A DNA stretch of 64,000 bases from an uncultured Clostridia bacterium. Lineage in GTDB: Bacteria > Bacillota > Clostridia > TANB77 > CAG-508. Each line of letters starts with the position of its first letter. The stretch's first letter is position 1. The notes under the pieces were generated by a model that was given only the letters and a program-made list of their open reading frames with translations, was not told the origin of the DNA and ran no database searches. The translations under genes and the position numbers were made by a program. The stretch spans positions 1,554 to 65,553 of the forward strand of contig CAKPFO010000004.1 in assembly GCA_934153805.1 (NCBI GenBank), in the 5' to 3' direction. Shown piece after piece: positions 1 to 9,248 of this stretch.

Positions 1-1719
1 GAAGAAAAAGGATGTGCTTTAAATTCTGATATAGTTGGAAAAAGTCCATATAATATAGCAAAAGGTGCTGGAATAGAAGTGCCTAGAGATACGAAAGTAT
101 TAGTATTACATGAAAATGGAGTAGGAATAGAGTATCCATTTTCAAAGGAAAAATTAAGTCCAGTTCTTGCATACTATGTTGTAGAAAATGCGAACGAGGG
201 TATAGAACTTGCAGAAAAACTAATTGAATTTGGAGGATTAGGACATTCAGCAGTTATACATTCAGAAAATGAAGAAGTTATAAATAGGTTTGCTAAAAAG
301 GTAAAAGTTGGAAGAATTATTGTAAATTCACCTTCAACACATGGAGCTATTGGAGATATATATAATACTAATTTACCATCACTTACACTTGGATGTGGAA
401 GCTTTGGTGGAAACTCTACAACAGCAAATGTTAGTAGTGCTAATTTAATTAATATTAAAAAAGTAGCAAAAAGGAGAGTTAATATGCAATGGTTCAAAGT
501 TCCAAATAAAATATATTTTGAAGCAGGTTCAATAGCGTACTTAGAAAAAATGCCAAATATATCAAGAGCATTTATCGTAACAGACGAATCTATGGTTAAA
601 TTTGGATATGTAGATAAAATTTTATATCATTTAAGAAAAAGAAATGAATATGTACATTCAGAAATCTTTTCAGATGTAGAGTCTGACCCATCATTTGATA
701 CAATAAAAAAAGGTGTAGCAATGATGAATGAATTTAAGCCAGATGTTATTATTGCATTAGGAGGTGGAAGCCCAATAGATGCAGCAAAAGGAATGTGGCT
801 TTTCTATGAGCATCCAGATGCAGATGTAGAAGGATTAAAACTTAAATTCATGGATATTAGAAAACGTACATATAAATTTCCAACGCTTGGAGAAAAAGCA
901 AAAATGGTAGCTATACCAACTACTTCTGGAACAGGCTCAGAAGTAACATCATTTGCAGTAATAACAGATAAAACAATAAACAAAAAATATCCTTTAGCAG
1001 ATTATGAATTAACACCAGATGTAGCAATTGTTGACCCTGACTTAGTAATGAGCTTGCCACAAAAAATTACAGCAGATACAGGAATGGATGTTTTAACACA
1101 TGCAATTGAAAGTTATGTTTCTAACATGGCATCTGATTATACAGATGGACTAGCAGAAAAAGCTGTAGAATTAGTATTTAAAAATTTAAGACAAGCATAT
1201 AATCATGGAGATGATAAAGTCGCTCGTGAAAAAATGCATAATGCAAGTACAATTGCAGGAATGGCATTTACAAATGCATTTTTAGGAATAAATCACTCAC
1301 TAGCACACAAAATAGGGGCAGAGTTCCACTTAGCTCATGGAAGAATAAATGCAATTTTACTTCCATATGTTATTCGTTATAATGCAAGTAAGCCAACAAA
1401 ATTTGTATCATTCCCTAAATATGAATATTTTATAGCAGACCAAAAATATGCAGATTTATCAAGAAGAATGAACTTCCCAGCATATACAAATGAGGAAGGA
1501 GTATATTCGTTAATAGAAGAAATTAAAAAATTAAATGCAGATTTAGGAATACCAAGTTCATTTAAAGAACAAGGTGTAGATGAACAAGAATTTTTAAGCA
1601 AAGTAGATATGTTAGCAGAAAGAGCGTTTGAAGACCAATGTACAACAGCAAATCCACGATTACCTTTAGTAGAGGAATTAAAGCAAATACTACTAGATAG
1701 TTACTATGGAATTATGTAA
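1..1719 (+). CDS. adhE: bifunctional aldehyde/alcohol dehydrogenase AdhE, C-terminal part (5' end lies outside the window)
   Basis: Frame 1 is open from base 1 (EEKGCALNSD...) and runs into ORF 79..1719. It shows the end of an aldehyde dehydrogenase domain, a linker, then an iron-type ADH domain (GGGSPIDAAK, HSLAHKIGAEFHLAHG). Confidence 0.9.
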   Translation, partial: EEKGCALNSDIVGKSPYNIAKGAGIEVPRDTKVLVLHENGVGIEYPFSKEKLSPVLAYYVVENANEGIELAEKLIEFGGLGHSAVIHSENEEVINRFAKKVKVGRIIVNSPSTHGAIGDIYNTNLPSLTLGCGSFGGNSTTANVSSANLINIKKVAKRRVNMQWFKVPNKIYFEAGSIAYLEKMPNISRAFIVTDESMVKFGYVDKILYHLRKRNEYVHSEIFSDVESDPSFDTIKKGVAMMNEFKPDVIIALGGGSPIDAAKGMWLFYEHPDADVEGLKLKFMDIRKRTYKFPTLGEKAKMVAIPTTSGTGSEVTSFAVITDKTINKKYPLADYELTPDVAIVDPDLVMSLPQKITADTGMDVLTHAIESYVSNMASDYTDGLAEKAVELVFKNLRQAYNHGDDKVAREKMHNASTIAGMAFTNAFLGINHSLAHKIGAEFHLAHGRINAILLPYVIRYNASKPTKFVSFPKYEYFIADQKYADLSRRMNFPAYTNEEGVYSLIEEIKKLNADLGIPSSFKEQGVDEQEFLSKVDMLAERAFEDQCTTANPRLPLVEELKQILLDSYYGIM

Positions 1720-1795
1720 AAAATGTTGATATTATGGAAACATTGTGGTATAATAATTTTTGCAAGAAAAATTATACATAAAAGGAGGACTTCAA

Positions 1796-2584
1796 ATGAA
1801 GCACCGGAAAAAAATATTATTAACACAAATTGTAGTTTTAACAGCTATGCTTGTTTTATTTATTACTGGAACCACAATGGCAGCTAGTGATTATAGAGAA
1901 AAAGCATATGTAAATGTTAGAACTAGCCTCAATTTAAGAGAACAACCCACCACAAAATCAAATGTTATTGGAAAACTTACACCTGGAGAACTTGTTACTC
2001 TATTACAGGGAAACGTAGAAACAGATACCTGGGTAGAAGTAGCAACACAAGATGGAAAGAAAGGCTATGTAAGTACAAAATATTTAAAAATGCCAAGAAT
2101 GAACCAGGAAGACTATGAAGTCGTGTCAGTTGCAGTAATAACTGCAGAAAGCAGTTCTGAAAACAGAAACTTTAATATGTCAAAAGCATGTGAAAGTTTA
2201 AATGGAATGATAATGTTTTCAGGGGACAAATTTGACTGGTATGGAGAATATGGTGTTGGAGAGGCAAGTCTTGAAAGAGGCTACAAAGAAGCATTGGTAA
2301 TGGAAGGTGGTAAAAGCGTAATGGGAGAAGGTGGAGGAGTCTGCCAAGTAAGTACAGCTTTATATAATTGCATAAATAAACTTGGAATAGAGCCTGAAGA
2401 AATTAACCACCATTCTAAAGCAGTATCGTATGTGCCAAAAGGAATGGATGCAACCGTGGCATATTCAAATAACAAAGATTATATGAAAAATTTTGTATTT
2501 ACAAATACATTAGACTATACTTTGATATTTGAAGCATATGCAGACGGACCACAGGTCGTAGTAATAGCATATAGAGAAAGATAA
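1796..2584 (+). CDS. secreted SH3b-domain plus VanW-domain protein
   Basis: ATG at 1796 lies 6 nt after AAAGGAGGAC. The product has a signal/anchor MKHRKKILLTQIVVL, an SH3b-like segment (AYVNVRTSLNLREQPTTKSNVIGKL...GYVSTKYL) and a VanW-like C-terminus (GGGVCQVSTALYN). Codon 4 is an in-frame CGG read as Arg. Confidence 0.7.
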   Translation: MKHRKKILLTQIVVLTAMLVLFITGTTMAASDYREKAYVNVRTSLNLREQPTTKSNVIGKLTPGELVTLLQGNVETDTWVEVATQDGKKGYVSTKYLKMPRMNQEDYEVVSVAVITAESSSENRNFNMSKACESLNGMIMFSGDKFDWYGEYGVGEASLERGYKEALVMEGGKSVMGEGGGVCQVSTALYNCINKLGIEPEEINHHSKAVSYVPKGMDATVAYSNNKDYMKNFVFTNTLDYTLIFEAYADGPQVVVIAYRER

Positions 2585-2587
2585 AAT

Positions 2588-2630
2588 AAAGGAAGACTTT
2601 CAAAAGTTTGAAAGTCTTCCTTTATTTTAT
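2588..2630. terminator. bidirectional intrinsic terminator between convergent genes
   Basis: Near-perfect hairpin AAAGGAAGACTTTCAAA / TTTGAAAGTCTTCCTTT, flanked by A and T runs. Confidence 0.8.
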
Positions 2631-2637
2631 CTTTTAG

Positions 2638-4386
2638 TTATTTTATATCTAATTTAATATGAACATCACGTAATTGTTCTCTTGTTACATTTCCAGGAGC
2701 TCCCATCATTAAATCTTGAGCTTTACTGTTCATAGGGAAGGCAATAACGTCTCGTATTGTTTCACTATCAGTTAAAAGCATAAGCATACGATCTACTCCA
2801 GGAGCAATACCGGCATGTGGTGGAGCACCAAATTGAAATGCGTTAAATAATGCAGGAAACTTTTCTTCAATATGCTCTTTATTGTAGCCAGCAAGTTCAA
2901 AAGCTTTAATCATAATTTCTGGGTCATGGTTTCTAACAGCGCCAGAAGAAAGCTCAATTCCATTACAAACAATGTCATATTGATAAGCAACTATATCTAA
3001 AGGATTCATGGTATTTAAGGCTTCTAATCCGCCTTGTGGCATAGAAAATGGATTATGATTAAATGCAATATTTCCTCTTTCATCTAATTCATACATTGGA
3101 AAATCTACAATCCAGCAGAATTTAAATAAACTTTCATCTATTAAATTTAAACGTTTACCAAGTTCAGTTCTAATCTGACCAGCAAGTTCAGTTGCTCTTT
3201 TTTCATTATCTGCAATAAAGAAAATAGTATCTCCTTTGTCTAAATTAGCTAAGTCCATAAGTTCTTTTTTTAGCTCATCTGGAATAAATTTATCAATAGG
3301 ACCTTTGTAAGATAAGTCATCTTGAACCTCTAAATATCCTAGGCCACCCATACCAATATGCATTGCAAATTCAAGCATTTTTTCATGGAAACCTTTAGAC
3401 ATATGTCCTTTAACTTTAATAGCACGGACAGTTCTATCTATAAATGGTTTAAAAGTACATTTGCTAAAGAATTCTGATAAATCTACAATAACTAAAGGAT
3501 TTCTTAAATCTGGCTTATCACTACCATATTTTAACATAGCCTCTTTATATGCTATTCTTGGAAAAGGATACTCTGCTACCTTTTTATCAGAAAATTTAGA
3601 AAAAGTATTATAAACAACAGGTTCAATAACTGAAAACACATCTTCTTGTGTAGCATAGCTCATTTCCATATCTAATTGATAAAATTCACCAGGAGCTCTA
3701 TCAGCTCTTGCATCTTCATCTCTAAAACAAGGTGCAATTTGGAAATATTTATCTATTCCAGAAACCATTAAAAGTTGTTTAAACTGTTGAGGTGCTTGAG
3801 GAAGAGCATAAAATTTTCCAGGGTGAATTCTACTAGGAACTAAATAGTCCCTAGCACCTTCTGGTGAAGAACTAGTAAGTATTGGTGTTTGAACTTCTAA
3901 AAAACCTTGTTCTATCATTTGATTTCTTAAAAATTGAATAACTTGAGCTCTTAAAATTAAATTATTTTTTAATTTATCATTTCTTAAATCTAAAAATCTA
4001 TATTGAAGCCTTAAGTCTTCTCTAATTTGACTATTGCCGTTAACCTCAAAAGGAAGATTTTTAGTACGTTTACCTAAAATTTCAATTTTTTCAATAGCAA
4101 TTTCAACTAAACCAGTTTTAATTTTTTCATTAACAGTTTCAGGGTCTCTTTTTCTAACAGTTCCTTCAACGCAAACAGAAGATTCAACAGGAATGTGAGA
4201 AGCAAAGTCAACATCTACTTTATCAGCAGAGGTAACAACTTGTGTAACTCCATACATATCCCTAATATCTAAGAAAACAAGTCCTCCAAAATCACGAATG
4301 GTTTGTACAAAACCTGCAATTTTAACTTTTTTTCCAACATCCTCTAAACAAATTTCATTACAATTATGAGTTCTATAAAAGCTCAT
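2638..4386 (-). CDS. aspS: aspartyl-tRNA synthetase, paralog 1 (bacterial type), T-box controlled
   Basis: Full-length class IIb aaRS: QSPQ-like FYALPQAPQQFKQLLM, FRDEDARADR, GGIAPGVDR-type motif 3. The ATG at 4386 is preceded by AAGGAG. The tracked start at 4395 is a GTG inside the RBS. Confidence 0.9.
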   Translation of the reverse strand: MSFYRTHNCNEICLEDVGKKVKIAGFVQTIRDFGGLVFLDIRDMYGVTQVVTSADKVDVDFASHIPVESSVCVEGTVRKRDPETVNEKIKTGLVEIAIEKIEILGKRTKNLPFEVNGNSQIREDLRLQYRFLDLRNDKLKNNLILRAQVIQFLRNQMIEQGFLEVQTPILTSSSPEGARDYLVPSRIHPGKFYALPQAPQQFKQLLMVSGIDKYFQIAPCFRDEDARADRAPGEFYQLDMEMSYATQEDVFSVIEPVVYNTFSKFSDKKVAEYPFPRIAYKEAMLKYGSDKPDLRNPLVIVDLSEFFSKCTFKPFIDRTVRAIKVKGHMSKGFHEKMLEFAMHIGMGGLGYLEVQDDLSYKGPIDKFIPDELKKELMDLANLDKGDTIFFIADNEKRATELAGQIRTELGKRLNLIDESLFKFCWIVDFPMYELDERGNIAFNHNPFSMPQGGLEALNTMNPLDIVAYQYDIVCNGIELSSGAVRNHDPEIMIKAFELAGYNKEHIEEKFPALFNAFQFGAPPHAGIAPGVDRMLMLLTDSETIRDVIAFPMNSKAQDLMMGAPGNVTREQLRDVHIKLDIK

Positions 4387-4399
4387 AAAAAACACTCCT

Positions 4400-4650
4400 T
4401 TCTTATTGTGTGGACGTAATTTTTAGCCTGTTTTTAGGCACAAAAAAACGTCCAACTGCATAATGCAGGGACGAAATAACTTCCGCGGTGCCACCCTAAC
4501 TTGAAGGCAAAAGCCTTCCACTTTATTTAAAGTGCTCCAATGTGTTTCATTTACTACGTTTTTCTAAAAAGGCTCTCAGCGCATCCACCTTTATTCTCTG
4601 TTTAGTAACCTTTAGTAAATTTTCATTTTCATAGCAATTAATTTTTAATT
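4400..4650 (-). promoter_or_regulatory. T-box leader (tRNA-sensing riboswitch) with terminator/antiterminator, upstream of aspS paralog 1
   Basis: On the minus strand: AGAGA-box region CAGAGAATAAAGGTGG, GCTGAGAG, the conserved T-box sequence TTAGGGTGGCACCGCGG (plus strand 4483-4499), then terminator CGTCCCTGCATTATGCAGTTGGACG plus a T7 run (plus strand about 4442-4474). Confidence 0.85.
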
Positions 4651-4656
4651 TTAAAT

Positions 4657-4685
4657 ATTTTACATAGTATATTCAAATTTGTCAA
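4657..4685 (-). promoter_or_regulatory. sigma-A type promoter for the T-box/aspS transcript
   Basis: On the minus strand: TTGACA, a 17-nt spacer, then TAAAAT. Confidence 0.6.
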
Positions 4686-4863
4686 TAAATATTAATAAAA
4701 AAATTGAAAAAATTGTGAAAAATTGCAAATAACATAATAAAACAATATATCAATAATGTAGCAAAATGTGGCAAAGTGTCATAATTTTGTATACGATTTG
4801 TTTCATAAAAATGAATATATGTGAATATATATTTAATAGAAATAAAAATAAGGGGGATTTTTT

Positions 4864-5073
4864 ATGGAATATACTAAAGATGTTGTTTTTAATGTACAAT
4901 ATGGACAAGATTCAAAAAAGATAAGACTAAGAGATAAAAAAAGAAAGGGAGTATTATTAAAATTCTATAATAAGAATAAATTCATAATTTATACATTAGG
5001 TTTAACAATAGTATTTGTAAGTATAGATTTGTGCATGGTGTATAATTTTATAAATATTTTAACATCAATATAA
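4864..5073 (+). CDS. hypothetical small membrane protein
   Basis: 69-codon ORF 7 nt after AAGGGGGA. It has a basic N-terminal half and one C-terminal hydrophobic helix. No recognisable family. Confidence 0.35.
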   Translation: MEYTKDVVFNVQYGQDSKKIRLRDKKRKGVLLKFYNKNKFIIYTLGLTIVFVSIDLCMVYNFINILTSI

Positions 5074-5217
5074 TAGAAAAGTAAGCAGAATCTTATTATC
5101 ATTTTATAAAATAATAAGAAGATGCAATATTTTATGAAATGCTTATAGCAAAATCCACAATATAATTGAAAAATGTTAATAAATCTGCTATAATTCTAAT
5201 ATGAGATTAATAAAGGC

Positions 5218-6132
5218 ATGGAAGAGGATAAAACCAAATCTATGCCTTTAAGAAGGAATGTGATAAAAATGATAGTAACAAATAATTGGAAAGATTATGA
5301 AATATTAGATATGGCAGATGGAGAAAAATTAGAGCGCTGGAAAGATATTATTTTAGTAAGGCCAGACCCACAAATAATATGGAAAGATAAAAGTTTTCCT
5401 AAAAAGTGGAATGATATAAATGCTAAATATATAAGAAGCAATACTGGTGGAGGTAAATGGGAGTATAAAAAGAAAGTACCAAATGCATGGCAAGTAAACT
5501 ATAAAAATTTAACATTTAATATAAAGCCAATGGGATTTAAACATACAGGACTATTCCCAGAGCAAGCAGCTAATTGGGATTGGATGATGGATAAAATAAA
5601 AAATGTCAAGAGAGAAATAAAGGTATTAAATTTATTTGCATATACTGGTGGAGCAACAGTGGCTTGTTTAGCAGCAGGAGCTAGCGTTTGTCATGTAGAT
5701 AGTTCTAAAGGAATGGTAGCATGGGCAAAAGAAAATGTTATATCGTCAGGTTTACAAGATAGACCTGTTAGATACATTGTAGATGATGTCGTTAAATTCG
5801 TAAACAGAGAAATAAGAAGAGGCAATAAATATGATGCTATAATTATGGATCCACCTTCATACGGAAGAGGTGCAAATGGAGAAGTATGGAAATTTGAGGA
5901 TAATTTATGTGATTTAGTAGAGCTATGTTCAAAAGTATTATCAGACAATCCATTATTTTTCTTAATAAATTCTTATACAACAGGAATATCAAGTACAGTA
6001 CTAGAAAATATATTAAATTTAAATATAGAAAAAAAATATGGAGGAAAGGTAAGCAATGGCGAAATAGGTCTTCCAATGACAAACTCAAAACTAATATTAC
6101 CATGTGGAATTTATGGTAGATGGGAGAAATAA
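5218..6132 (+). CDS. class I SAM-dependent methyltransferase (RlmI/YwbD-like rRNA methyltransferase fold)
   Basis: SAM-binding motif LNLFAYTGGATVACLAAGA and catalytic-region motif DAIIMDPPSYGRG. An alternative start at 5269 (MIVTNNWKDYE) is possible. Confidence 0.75.
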   Translation: MEEDKTKSMPLRRNVIKMIVTNNWKDYEILDMADGEKLERWKDIILVRPDPQIIWKDKSFPKKWNDINAKYIRSNTGGGKWEYKKKVPNAWQVNYKNLTFNIKPMGFKHTGLFPEQAANWDWMMDKIKNVKREIKVLNLFAYTGGATVACLAAGASVCHVDSSKGMVAWAKENVISSGLQDRPVRYIVDDVVKFVNREIRRGNKYDAIIMDPPSYGRGANGEVWKFEDNLCDLVELCSKVLSDNPLFFLINSYTTGISSTVLENILNLNIEKKYGGKVSNGEIGLPMTNSKLILPCGIYGRWEK

Positions 6133-6133
6133 A

Positions 6134-6820
6134 ATGCAAAAATTAAATGTAATATATGAGGATAACCATATTATTGTTGTAGAAAAAATGGTAAATGTAC
6201 CTTCACAAGCAGATAAAACAGGTGACTTAGATATGCTTACAATTATAAAACAATATTTAAAAGAAAAGTACAATAAACCAGGAAATGTATATTTAGGGTT
6301 AGTACATAGACTAGATAGACCAGTTGGAGGAGTTATGGTTTTTGCTAAAACTTCAAAAGCAGCAGCAAGACTAAGTGAACAAGTAAGAGTAAAGGAGTTT
6401 AAAAAGAAATACTTAGTTGTAGTAAATGGAAAGATGGAAAACAAAAAAGGAGTTCTAGAAGATTATCTTTTAAAAAATGAAAAAGCTAACATGAGCAAAG
6501 TAGTTAGTAAGGAAACAAAAAATGCTAAATATGCAGCGTTAGATTATGAAGTACTAAAATATAATGAAGAAATTGATTTATCAGTATTAAAAATAAACTT
6601 ACATACAGGAAGGCATCATCAAATAAGAGTACAATTATCTAGTAGAAACCATAGCATATATGGAGACCAGAAATATGGTGGAAGAGGCCACGGAAAGCAA
6701 ATTGCTCTATGGGCATATGAACTTACAATTATTCATCCGGTAACAAAGGAAGAAATGACATTTAAAGTATTACCAGAAAAAATAGGTTCTTGGAAAATAC
6801 TTGAAGATGTAAATGTATAA
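6134..6820 (+). CDS. RluA-family pseudouridine synthase
   Basis: HRLDRPVGGVMVFAKTSKAA catalytic Asp motif and HQIRVQL motif. The ATG at 6134 overlaps the upstream stop region (GGAGAAATAAAATG). Confidence 0.85.
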   Translation: MQKLNVIYEDNHIIVVEKMVNVPSQADKTGDLDMLTIIKQYLKEKYNKPGNVYLGLVHRLDRPVGGVMVFAKTSKAAARLSEQVRVKEFKKKYLVVVNGKMENKKGVLEDYLLKNEKANMSKVVSKETKNAKYAALDYEVLKYNEEIDLSVLKINLHTGRHHQIRVQLSSRNHSIYGDQKYGGRGHGKQIALWAYELTIIHPVTKEEMTFKVLPEKIGSWKILEDVNV

Positions 6821-6865
6821 TTATGTTAATTTTATAAACGCAAATAAAGTCGTATATGAAAATAA

Positions 6866-6896
6866 AAAGTCGTATTTTCGTATACGATTTTTTTGA
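6866..6896 (+). terminator. probable intrinsic terminator after the rluA-family gene
   Basis: Short hairpin TCGTAT/ATACGA followed by a T7 run. Confidence 0.45.
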
Positions 6897-6974
6897 TCTT
6901 ATAACAAAAATAAAAAATAGTAAAAAAAAGCTATAAAATGTAATCAGAAAATGAAAAGGAAATGAGGGGAGCAC

Positions 6975-7607
6975 ATGATTGATAAATTTTGTGAATACCT
7001 GACAAATAAAATAAGAAAAGAAATACCAGATATAGATGACGAAAGAGCAGAAGTAATAATGTATGGCATACAGCTAATTGTAGGGGAAATACCCAAATTG
7101 CTGTTAATGCTGTTAATAGCATTAGTATTAGGGGTGTTATGGCAAACTTTATTAGCATACTTTTTAATACTACCATATAAATATGCTTCAGGAGGATTCC
7201 ATTTAAAAACACACATTGGATGCTTTATAGGAACTTTACTTTGCTATTGTGGAAATGCTTTTCTAAGTACATATATAACATTACCAATAAACGTAAAGCT
7301 TATATTTATAGTGTTAAATCTATTAATTGGAATAATAATGGTAACTAAATATGCACCAGCAGATACAATAAATTTACCAATCCTTACTAAAAAGGAGAGA
7401 AAGATAAAAAAAGTATTATCATATGTATTTTTAGCAGTAAATATGATAGTAGCATTAATAGTTTCAAATGAAATAATATCAAATATATTAATATTTGGAA
7501 CTATTGTACAAACATTTTCAATAACAAGATTAGCATACAAAATAACAAAAAATGAATATGGATACGAAACATATGTAAAACAGAACGAAGTAGTAACAGT
7601 AGAATAA
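6975..7607 (+). CDS. agrB: accessory gene regulator protein B (AgrD-processing membrane peptidase)
   Basis: AgrB-family layout: N-terminal cytoplasmic helix (MIDKFCEYLTNKIRKE), then multiple TM segments with the conserved ASGGFHLKTHIGC region. Confidence 0.85.
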   Translation: MIDKFCEYLTNKIRKEIPDIDDERAEVIMYGIQLIVGEIPKLLLMLLIALVLGVLWQTLLAYFLILPYKYASGGFHLKTHIGCFIGTLLCYCGNAFLSTYITLPINVKLIFIVLNLLIGIIMVTKYAPADTINLPILTKKERKIKKVLSYVFLAVNMIVALIVSNEIISNILIFGTIVQTFSITRLAYKITKNEYGYETYVKQNEVVTVE

Positions 7608-7667
7608 TAAAAGTATTAGCCGGCAATACTTTATTATATAAAAAATGTAATATTAGGGGGAATCATT

Positions 7668-7787
7668 ATGTTAAAATTTTTAGCTAAAGTCGCAGAAAAA
7701 TATGCAAAATCTACAAACACAGCTTGCTGGATACTAGGAGTATGGCATCAACCAAAAATGCCAGCATCTTTAATAAAGAAAGACTAA
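7668..7787 (+). CDS. agrD: autoinducing peptide precursor AgrD (39 aa; not in the ORF track because it is under 60 aa)
   Basis: ATG lies 7 nt after TAGGGGGA and 60 nt after agrB. Product MLKFLAKVAEKYAKSTNTACWILGVWHQPKMPASLIKKD has an amphipathic leader, a single Cys, a hydrophobic core and a charged tail with the HQPxxPxSL motif. Confidence 0.8.
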   Translation: MLKFLAKVAEKYAKSTNTACWILGVWHQPKMPASLIKKD

Positions 7788-7796
7788 TATAAATAA

Positions 7797-7838
7797 GGGC
7801 TTCATTACTATTGAATTACTAGTAATGAAGCTCTTTTA
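7797..7838 (+). terminator. intrinsic terminator after agrD
   Basis: Hairpin GCTTCATTACT / AGTAATGAAGC followed by a T-rich run. Confidence 0.7.
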
Positions 7839-7848
7839 GGTATAATAA

Positions 7849-7884
7849 AATACTGAATTTCTAATATTGTAGAAATTCAGTATT
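7849..7884. terminator. intrinsic terminator serving the convergent kinase gene
   Basis: 15-bp hairpin AATACTGAATTTCTA / TAGAAATTCAGTATT with T runs on both strands. Confidence 0.7.
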
Positions 7885-7901
7885 TACTTTTTTATTTAAT
7901 T

Positions 7902-9248
7902 TTAAAAGAATATTTCAAATTGTTGAGAAAAGTATTCACTATTTTTAGTTGTATATAAATTTAAATTATTATGTTTTTTCATAATTTGTCTTATTTCCCA
8001 TAAACCAAGTCCAGTATTACCTTCTTTAGTAGAGTAGCCCTTTTCGTAAATTTTTTCTGTATCTATATTTTTATCTTTATATGTATTTTCTATAATAATT
8101 AATTGCATAGGTCTTTTATTATCTTTTCTAAAAGTAACATTAATAGTTTTATCTTCACATTCTTTACTAGCTTCAATAGCATTATTCATAAGTATACCTA
8201 ATATTCTAGTAAGTTCATACGAGTTTATATTTAATTCATTTAAGTCCATAAATACATCTAAATTTATTTTTATACCAAGTTCATCTGCTGTATGATATTT
8301 ATGTGCTAATACATTATATACAGCAGGATTATTTACTACACTTGGACTTAAGGCTGTTAAGTTATTAACTTGATGACAATCTTCTACTAGTTTTGAGTAA
8401 TATTTTTTCAAACCTTCCATATCGTTTTTACCAATATATCCACCAATACCTTGAACTATATTCCAAAAGTCATGTTTAAATGCTCTAATATTGTCATGTA
8501 GTATTTGTAAAGTTTTATTGTATAATTCTGCTTCTTCTAATTTCATAGAAGTAGTTTCTAGTTCTGCAACTGTAAAAGTAGTATACAAGCTAATTACAAA
8601 GTAAGCTATTAGACAAAGAATTGATATTAATGTTACAAAAAATGGTATATTTGAAACATAAAACGTTATCATATAAACTTGAGTACAAACTAATACAATA
8701 CCAAATATAGTATTTATGGCTAATAGAACTTTTTTCTTTTTATCTAATACTTCAAACTTAGGTATATTTAATTTAAAATATTTTAATAGTAAATAAAAAC
8801 AGTATAAAATGAAATACATTATCAAAGTGCCTATAAATCTATGTAAAGGAATATTCATGCCAACAATATAATCAAAGCCAAATATAGAAGAGTATAATTT
8901 GGCAATTATAGATTCTACGACTGCAGTCAAAAATAAAGGTATAAATAAAGCAAAAATGGCTTTAAAAAATTTTACTTTTAATATAAACATTATTGAAAGT
9001 ACCATAGCAATGGCATTTACATAGGAACCATAAGGTGTAGGAATGACAAATCTTGAAAATATACTAAATAAGCTTATAGTACATACATAAATAATACGTT
9101 GCTTTTTAGTTGTAGATATGTTTAAAATTAATGTAAATAAAAGCATTGAAACATATGCTTCTATAAATACCGTAGGAATTCCTATAATATTTGTTATCAC
9201 CTCATTTTCTGTAGTTAAACTAGTCCAAATTGTTTGAAAAATTTCCAT
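7902..9248 (-). CDS. AgrC-like (HPK10 family) membrane sensor histidine kinase
   Basis: About 200 aa of polytopic TM sensor, then HDFWN H-box and a GHKL ATPase region (NAIEAS, GYSTKEGNTGLGL). GGAGG lies 9 nt upstream of the ATG. Confidence 0.85.
   Translation of the reverse strand: MEIFQTIWTSLTTENEVITNIIGIPTVFIEAYVSMLLFTLILNISTTKKQRIIYVCTISLFSIFSRFVIPTPYGSYVNAIAMVLSIMFILKVKFFKAIFALFIPLFLTAVVESIIAKLYSSIFGFDYIVGMNIPLHRFIGTLIMYFILYCFYLLLKYFKLNIPKFEVLDKKKKVLLAINTIFGIVLVCTQVYMITFYVSNIPFFVTLISILCLIAYFVISLYTTFTVAELETTSMKLEEAELYNKTLQILHDNIRAFKHDFWNIVQGIGGYIGKNDMEGLKKYYSKLVEDCHQVNNLTALSPSVVNNPAVYNVLAHKYHTADELGIKINLDVFMDLNELNINSYELTRILGILMNNAIEASKECEDKTINVTFRKDNKRPMQLIIIENTYKDKNIDTEKIYEKGYSTKEGNTGLGLWEIRQIMKKHNNLNLYTTKNSEYFSQQFEIFF

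Noticed and set aside
4695-4735. AAAAATTG direct repeats and a TTGTGAAAAATTGCAAA segment as a Rex- or other regulator operator.
   Set aside because: It matches a palindromic Rex-type consensus on one half-site only, and such AT-rich strings are expected by chance here.
9220-9248. The 29-nt overlap between the response regulator and kinase genes as another frameshift or fusion.
   Set aside because: Both genes have their own GGAGG RBS and complete domain sets. The overlap is consistent with translational coupling, and no CGG is involved.
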